Assembly (NCBI GenBank): GCA_040954595.2
Contig: CM082576.2
Location: 18,027,028 to 18,091,027, forward strand
DNA length: 64,000 nucleotides
Reading direction: 5' to 3'
Origin: Balanoglossus misakiensis
Lineage: Eukaryota; Animalia; Hemichordata
The notes under the pieces were generated by a model that saw only the letters and a list, made by a program, of their open reading frames with translations, did not search any database and had not been told where the DNA came from. Of the stretch, positions 58,092-64,000 are shown piece by piece. The position numbers were made by a program, and so were the translations under genes. Within the stretch, counting starts at the first letter, position 1, and each line of letters starts with the position of its first letter.

Positions 58092-60533
58092 TATTGCTAT
58101 TATATTATGCCAGTATATTGAAACTTTGCATAAAACATTTTAAAAAGGCATTTTCTTTGACTATGATATATGACTGTGGTATATTGCTAATATATCACGG
58201 TCACGTTTCGTGTCTCGACCAATCAAATAGCGTGATTTACACCATCAATATACTGGTATAATATAATACCCAATATTGAACTTTGCAATTTAATGTCTAT
58301 ACATGGAAACTGCAGTTATTGCTGACATTCTTGTCAACAATAACAATGCAGTATACAAGTTTACAAGCTGAATACTGTTTGAATAAACATGTTTTTGAGG
58401 GGAGAACAAGAATTTTCAATTGATACAAAAACAGTGAAAAAGGTCCTGAAAAGTGGCTGTTACTGGGCTTTAAAGAGACAGTTTACTTGACAAAACACCA
58501 TGATGGGTGTGAACTGACTGTGTGGTCCCAGTATTCAATGACCTAAGATATATTCAGTCAAACATTGTTTATTATATACAGTCTGCACAAATGGTAAACC
58601 AATGTTCAGAAATGTTCTTTCTACTTGGGTGTGATATGCTGGCTTATAAGCATGTGCGTGCCAACTTGACTCTTCCCACAGGAATACACTAAAAGTTGCT
58701 AAAAAAAACCTACTTGTCATTTTCTTAAAATTTTGCACACACATTAACCAGGACAATTACATTCACTGTTCAAATAAAACTACATGGTCAGCACACTTAA
58801 TTTGGAGATAAACTGGATGTTTTCAAAGATAGAAAAACCACTGGTTAAAAGAATTCTGATTATTTTTCTTATCAGAACTGAGAAATAAAAATCTTGTTCA
58901 TCAGATGTTTTGGTCAGGCTTCAGAAACAATGAGAGATTGTAATTTTTTCCCAAAAGGGTGAATTGTGTGCAGCAAAACAAACATTTCCAAACAACAAAT
59001 GGTGTCTACAAGCTATAGATAATACAACTATCCAAACGCCCATCTAGAAAAACCAATTCTCTCTCAAAGAAAAAAATTCCAATGAACTATTAATTTTTTT
59101 TCCTGGCCTTGTCAGTTAAATTCACTGCCTCATATTTCAATAACTTGCACACTGACCTCTGAATTTTATTACAAATTTTGATAATACTAAAGTAGTACAG
59201 AGAAGTTAAACATTTGCAAGTGAAAGATGACAATTCTTTCAATTTTCCAAATCCATACATCTTTAAGTTTATGTTGCATTACTGTTCATCCTGTATACTG
59301 CCAGTGTTCGTTCATTAACTTCGATGTAGCATGCTGGTCTGACAAACCAATGGGTTTGTGTTTGGCAGTCCTCCTATTTTCAATGTCAAACAGATGATCC
59401 TAAAATAGAAACAATTGAGAGAAAGATCAACAGCCAGTGACAGCAAACTATGCATAAAAAGGCTTTAAGGTATATTTTTGTAATTTTGCATTTGTGGAGA
59501 AAGGCTGAAAACCTTTGCTTTTTTCTTCCTTTCGTCCTCTGTTGTCTAAAAGTATTTAATATACAAATGTACATCTTGTCTGTACTCTGTAATGCTACAT
59601 AATTGATGTGCAAAGGGAAATCATGTGGGCGGCTTGTGATGTGAGACATTCAGTGAACTGCATTTTCCTGTGCATCGTACACCGGCCAATGCATGTAGGA
59701 ATTCACACGGTTTCCAAATTTTGTCGAAGTGATTTAGAAATGCACCGTGCGAGTGTACAAACGGAAATGTAATACGAGGAACGACTGCGTTCCAGTGTTT
59801 ACTTACTGTGTACAGTATAGGAAAGTATACCACATGCACACTGTAAATCAAATTTTGGCGAAGATCTCTGAAAAAACTACCGCAACTAGTGTATCGAAAC
59901 TTTACACGGTGGCGCTTTGTTATAATAGTTCTTCGTTGATCATAGTCTTAAATGCGAAAAGGTTTCCGACTAGGTATAAAGAGAAGAAAAACGTAATACG
60001 AGGTACGACTGCGTTCCAGTGTTTACTGTGTACAGTATAGGAAAGTATACCGCATGCACACGGTAAATCAAATTTTGGCGAAGATCTCTGAAAAAACTAC
60101 TGCGACTAGTGTATCGAAACTTTACACGGTGGCGCTTTGTTATAATAGTTGTTCGTTGATCATAGTCTTAAATGCGAAAAGGTTTCTGACTAGGTATAAA
60201 GAGCAGAAAATCGCTTACCTGCGACAACTTTCCAAACGGCAATGGCGGACGCGGGGCGCCCCTAGTGGCGAAAATGTGTATATTGGATGTCACGCTTGAA
60301 AGAATCAGACGTAAAACTATACAGAACTATGCTCCACTATAAAGCATTTTCGGCTGTACTTAGTAGGCTGGATGTCACACTATGTGTTTAACACGTGCTT
60401 TACTTGGGGTTTGGATGCTCTACACATAATGTCTATGGAGGGCCTGTATTTGCGAGCATAACCATCTATATATTCAATAAAATCACTAGGCAAATATATT
60501 TTACCATTGACTGGTACATGGCCAATCAAAAAC

Positions 60534-60582
60534 CACACACGCACACACACACACACACACACACAAACATACACACACACAC
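60534..60582. repeat. (CA)n microsatellite, imperfect
   Basis: Visible CA run. Confidence 0.9.
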
Positions 60583-61905
60583 AACATCAGCAGCACAGCG
60601 TGGCCTAGCACAGACAACCATAAATGCAGCCAGAAGACAAAACCGTGAAAGAAAGATGCACTGACCTCTGGCAAAATAAAGAAGTGATATCATGCAGGTG
60701 TTTCAAAAATATTAAGGCCGCCCAGTCTCATTTTATATTATTTGATTGTGTTTTGTTTCTACAATTGTGATTGTGAAGCACAGTGGGCCTATACTTACAG
60801 CGGGGCACTTTCGAATCGCCATCGACAACACTAATGCTTGGGAAATGTTGGCACAGTGGACCTTTACATGCAGTATGAGGAGAGAAGATGCTGGCGTCGA
60901 TTGTATCTGTTGATATGGAGACAGAATCAGTGTGGGCACCCTCAACGTCTGGTTCAGTCCCATGCACTACAGTTGTAGCCGTAGGGTTTTCAAGATGAAA
61001 CCAGACACGCTCTCAGTGCCCTTGTAATCAGGGATGTCTGTCAGAACTTCGTTATCTGTCGTTTCGTATCGCTGCATTACGGTTAACTCTAACGGGGATT
61101 CTGTTTCAGTCATTCTAGTTTCAGATTTAGCATCAGCGCCAGTATCTTCTGTGACATCTGTTGACATTTTTGAATAACTGGTGTCAGTAACATCAGAGCT
61201 AACATGGTCTGTATACCCAGGTGTATTCGACACTGGTTCACCTGTAATGTAAAACCCACAAGATATAACTGGTTTAGGATAAGTGGTATTCAAAGAAGCG
61301 TTGGGTCACAAAAGGGCGCCATGTTTACTTCGGCTTGTATTAGTGATTCATTGAAGTCTGTTAGGTCCATATCTGACAAGAAACTGCCACGCTGAATATT
61401 GCAATTTCTGGTAACATCATTCATTCAAACTGCAATAAATCGATGGTGCAGATCGGATACACCTCTTAGTAAAACGGGATTCCCGTTTATTTTTGGAGGA
61501 CGTTTACACTTATTTTGTCTGCCGTTAATGTGGATAATGTAACGTTCTCGCGACGAAGGTTTTATTAGACACGCAAGAGAGAACCAATACAAGAAGTGGC
61601 GATGCAGTTCTTTTCTGAGATGGCGACATTTCAGTACTTGCATGTCGCAACCGTTCGTGACTCAAGTTACATCTATTTAGAGTTCAACATATTAACAAAC
61701 ATGGTACAATTATTACGCCACAACTTTGCAATACAATGAAACTGCACACAACACCACATTTAGATTGTGCAAAAACAGACCTACACTAGCCCACAAATAT
61801 AAATAATCTCAATTCAGCGCGGACTTTTTCATCAACAGTTCCAGTTTTACCTAGTGTGAACATGGTATCAGTCTACAGTTTGGTTCAATGTGGTTCAACC
61901 ACATG

Positions 61906-62083
61906 CAGTAAAAACCTGTCGAAATGGAACATGCCATATCTGGAAAACTGTCTATAATGAACACATTTTCCTGTCCCCTTGACATAGAACCACGTGTTAA
62001 AAGAACCTTTACAAACCGGAAACATCTGTAAACTGAACAATTTCTTCTGTCCCTTTGGTGTTCGGATTAGACGGGTTTTACTG
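61906..62083. mobile_element. Short Tc1/pogo-like MITE remnant
   Basis: CAGTAAAAACCTGTC...GACGGGTTTTACTG|TA ends. Confidence 0.45.
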
Positions 62084-62279
62084 TACATGTGTTTTGGTCA
62101 TAGAGAATTGTCACTCAACCTTAGAAAATACCATAATTATGATCTTTCATATTCAAATCTATATCAGTCTATTACTGAAATAACACACCATCGTAATCAA
62201 AACCATTATTACAATAGTGATTGCAAGTATCAGATTTGTGATGTCATTTTTATGCCAACATTAAACGTCTTTATTCCAG

Positions 62280-63498
62280 AATGATTCAACAGCATTGCAT
62301 GCAGCGTCCTTCAAAGGTAAATTGGATGCTGTCAGGGTGTTGATTAGCCATGGTGCAGATGTCAATGCGAAGGATGAGGTACGTGAACTGACTTATCACT
62401 TTATTATGGATAACATGGCCACACAATTGGATAATAAAAAAAAATGCCTTTGAAAAAGACCTAATTACAACACTCTTATTTTCATCCAAAATTACTTTGC
62501 ATGATCCAAATTCAATGGGAAGAAACAAGCTAACCCTGAACAAGAAGAGGGAAAGGCCAAAAAGTATTACCCATACTGATTTAGTTTTACTAACCATGAT
62601 ACCCTTGGGATCCAGCCATAGGAAGGACAGTGGGACACATTGCACTCTAAATTTAACAATCTTTACAATTTAGCCAAAGATGTTGAACCATAGTGTATTT
62701 GACACATTTGTTCCGAATGAATAAATATGTTCCAGAAAGTAAATTTTGATGGATTTTTTTGTGTTTCACCAAAGTTAACAAATTTTTATTTTTTTTCAAG
62801 CCATCTCTGAAATTTTGCTGGCAATCTTTTTTTAAATCTTCCAGATCCCCTCCATCCTTAGTTAAGCTATGGAGTCTAAAAAATAAAATGTTAAAAACTA
62901 TATGACTAGTCAAAGCGTTTTCCTCGCTGTTAGAATCAATTGAGATTCTTCACCGTCATTATTATTATCCTTTCAAATCAGTCAGTATGCCATTCTTGGT
63001 TGTTTTTTGCAATATGGCTGATACTTTTGATATTTGTTTATTTATTTGTAGGTTTGTTTGTTTGTTTAAAGAAACCTCATATTACATTTCAATTTTGGTG
63101 ACATTGTTCCCATGCTTCTCCTTCATTACTTACAGGATGGAGTCACCCCTTTGAATGATGCAGCAGGGTTTGGTGGTGAAGGCTGTGTCAGATTGTTATT
63201 GGAACACAAAGCTGATGTTACCATACAAACCCAGGTAAATACCAACTTGACTTCTGCAGGTTAATCTATCAGTATGGAATGATTTATTCATTTATTTTTT
63301 GTTTGTTTGTTTGTTTGTTTTTTTGTTTAAGGAAAATTACACATTACGTTTAATTTTTGTGACATTGTTCTCATGCTCCTCCTTCAATACTTACAGTGGG
63401 GAGACACCCCTTTGCACTCTGCAGCAAGGAGGGATGTTGGTGAAGGCCGTGTCAGATTGTTATTGGAACACAAAGCTGATGTAACCATACAAAACAAG
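62280..63498 (+). CDS. Ankyrin-repeat protein exons (62280-62378, 63136-63234, 63397-63498); partial gene
   Basis: Phase-0 AG/GT exons of 99, 99 and 102 bp: NDSTALHAASFKGKLDAVRVLISHGADVNAKDE; DGVTPLNDAAGFGGEGCVRLLLEHKADVTIQTQ; WGDTPLHSAARRDVGEGRVRLLLEHKADVTIQNK. Confidence 0.88.
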
Positions 63499-64000
63499 GT
63501 AAATACCAACCTGACTTCTGCAGGTAAATTCTAAAAGTATGAGCTTTCTCAATAGTGCCATTTCCTCTGTAGTTTTCTTAGTAAATTGTGTCTGGGATAC
63601 AATGTATATATTTGTCCATTGCCCTTTGAATCAAAACTACTCCCTCCATTGGTCAGGTGTTGTACAGACAGACTGATGACAGTCCATGCCAATCCTATCA
63701 CAGAAAGTATCAGATAGGGTGTTTGTCTGTCGGCCTCCAGCATCTGCCAACTCCTGTCTGGTACCTAATACAATTCATCATAAGGAGGTGCCATATAATT
63801 TATCATTGTCCTTTGAATCAAAACTACTTCCTCTCGGCCAGGTGTTGTCCAGACACAGGCAAGTATTGATTCATTATGGTGATGTGATTGTCTCTCCTAT
63901 ATCTGAGACATTTGATCTCCACTGTGAGCAATTTGGAGTTATGAGAAAGGGGGATTGTCTCCAGCATCTGCCAAAAACTGTCTTGTTGAACATAAGGATG

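Larger units (their letters stand above)
56136..60446. mobile_element. 4.3-kb non-autonomous DNA element with ~550-bp TIRs and a 5-bp TSD (superfamily unassigned)
   Basis: 56136-~56683 is inverted at ~59679-60446; the right arm has a ~220-bp internal tandem duplication. Ends CAGGCCCTCCATAGAC / GTCTATGGAGGGCCTG. TSD TATTT. Confidence 0.85.
55837..61629 (-). pseudogene. Possible decayed type I membrane protein gene (signal-like start, Thr/Ser-rich stalk exon ~60799-61629, TM exon ~55837-55988)
   Basis: MSPSQKRTASPLLVLVLSC...; a T/S/D/E-rich stretch ending at a GTAAGT donor (~60798); acceptor ttcttgacag then FMVLVLCFIAAYLAVHIVLVLGI. Contains stops and frameshifts. Confidence 0.4.

Overview
This is AT-rich animal (invertebrate-type) genomic DNA with spliceosomal introns, made almost entirely of nested transposable elements. 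In order: (1) a disrupted Helentron-type Helitron ORF (OTU protease, 21-aa repeats, HUH Rep, PIF1 helicase; minus strand, <1-5.4 kb). (2) A ~530/~441-bp tandem array (6.0-13.5 kb, resuming at 40.9-42.4 kb) whose units each carry tRNA-like Pol III A/B boxes and an oligo-T run. (3) Inserted in that array, a young Gypsy LTR retrotransposon (13474-40887; 261-bp LTRs identical by eye, GCAG TSD, native length ~10.6 kb). Its gene set is unusual: Gag with an N-terminal ComEA-like helix-hairpin-helix, Pol ending in a PHD finger, and a third ORF in the env position encoding a zinc finger plus a TatD nuclease domain with all metal-ligand motifs present. (4) A 16.8-kb CACTA/EnSpm DNA transposon (22134-38934, ATG TSD) that splits gag and carries a spliced transposase, a divergent second gene and ~5 kb of apparent cargo. 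(5) A 5'-truncated L1/Tx1 LINE split by an internally deleted Mag-type Gypsy. (6) A DIRS/Ngaro fragment, a minisatellite, MITEs, a long-TIR element carrying C2H2 zinc-finger remnants, a decayed membrane-protein gene and ankyrin-repeat exons. The best candidate for a new system is the HhH-Gag / PHD-integrase / TatD Gypsy element. All calls come from reading motifs by eye; no database searches were run.
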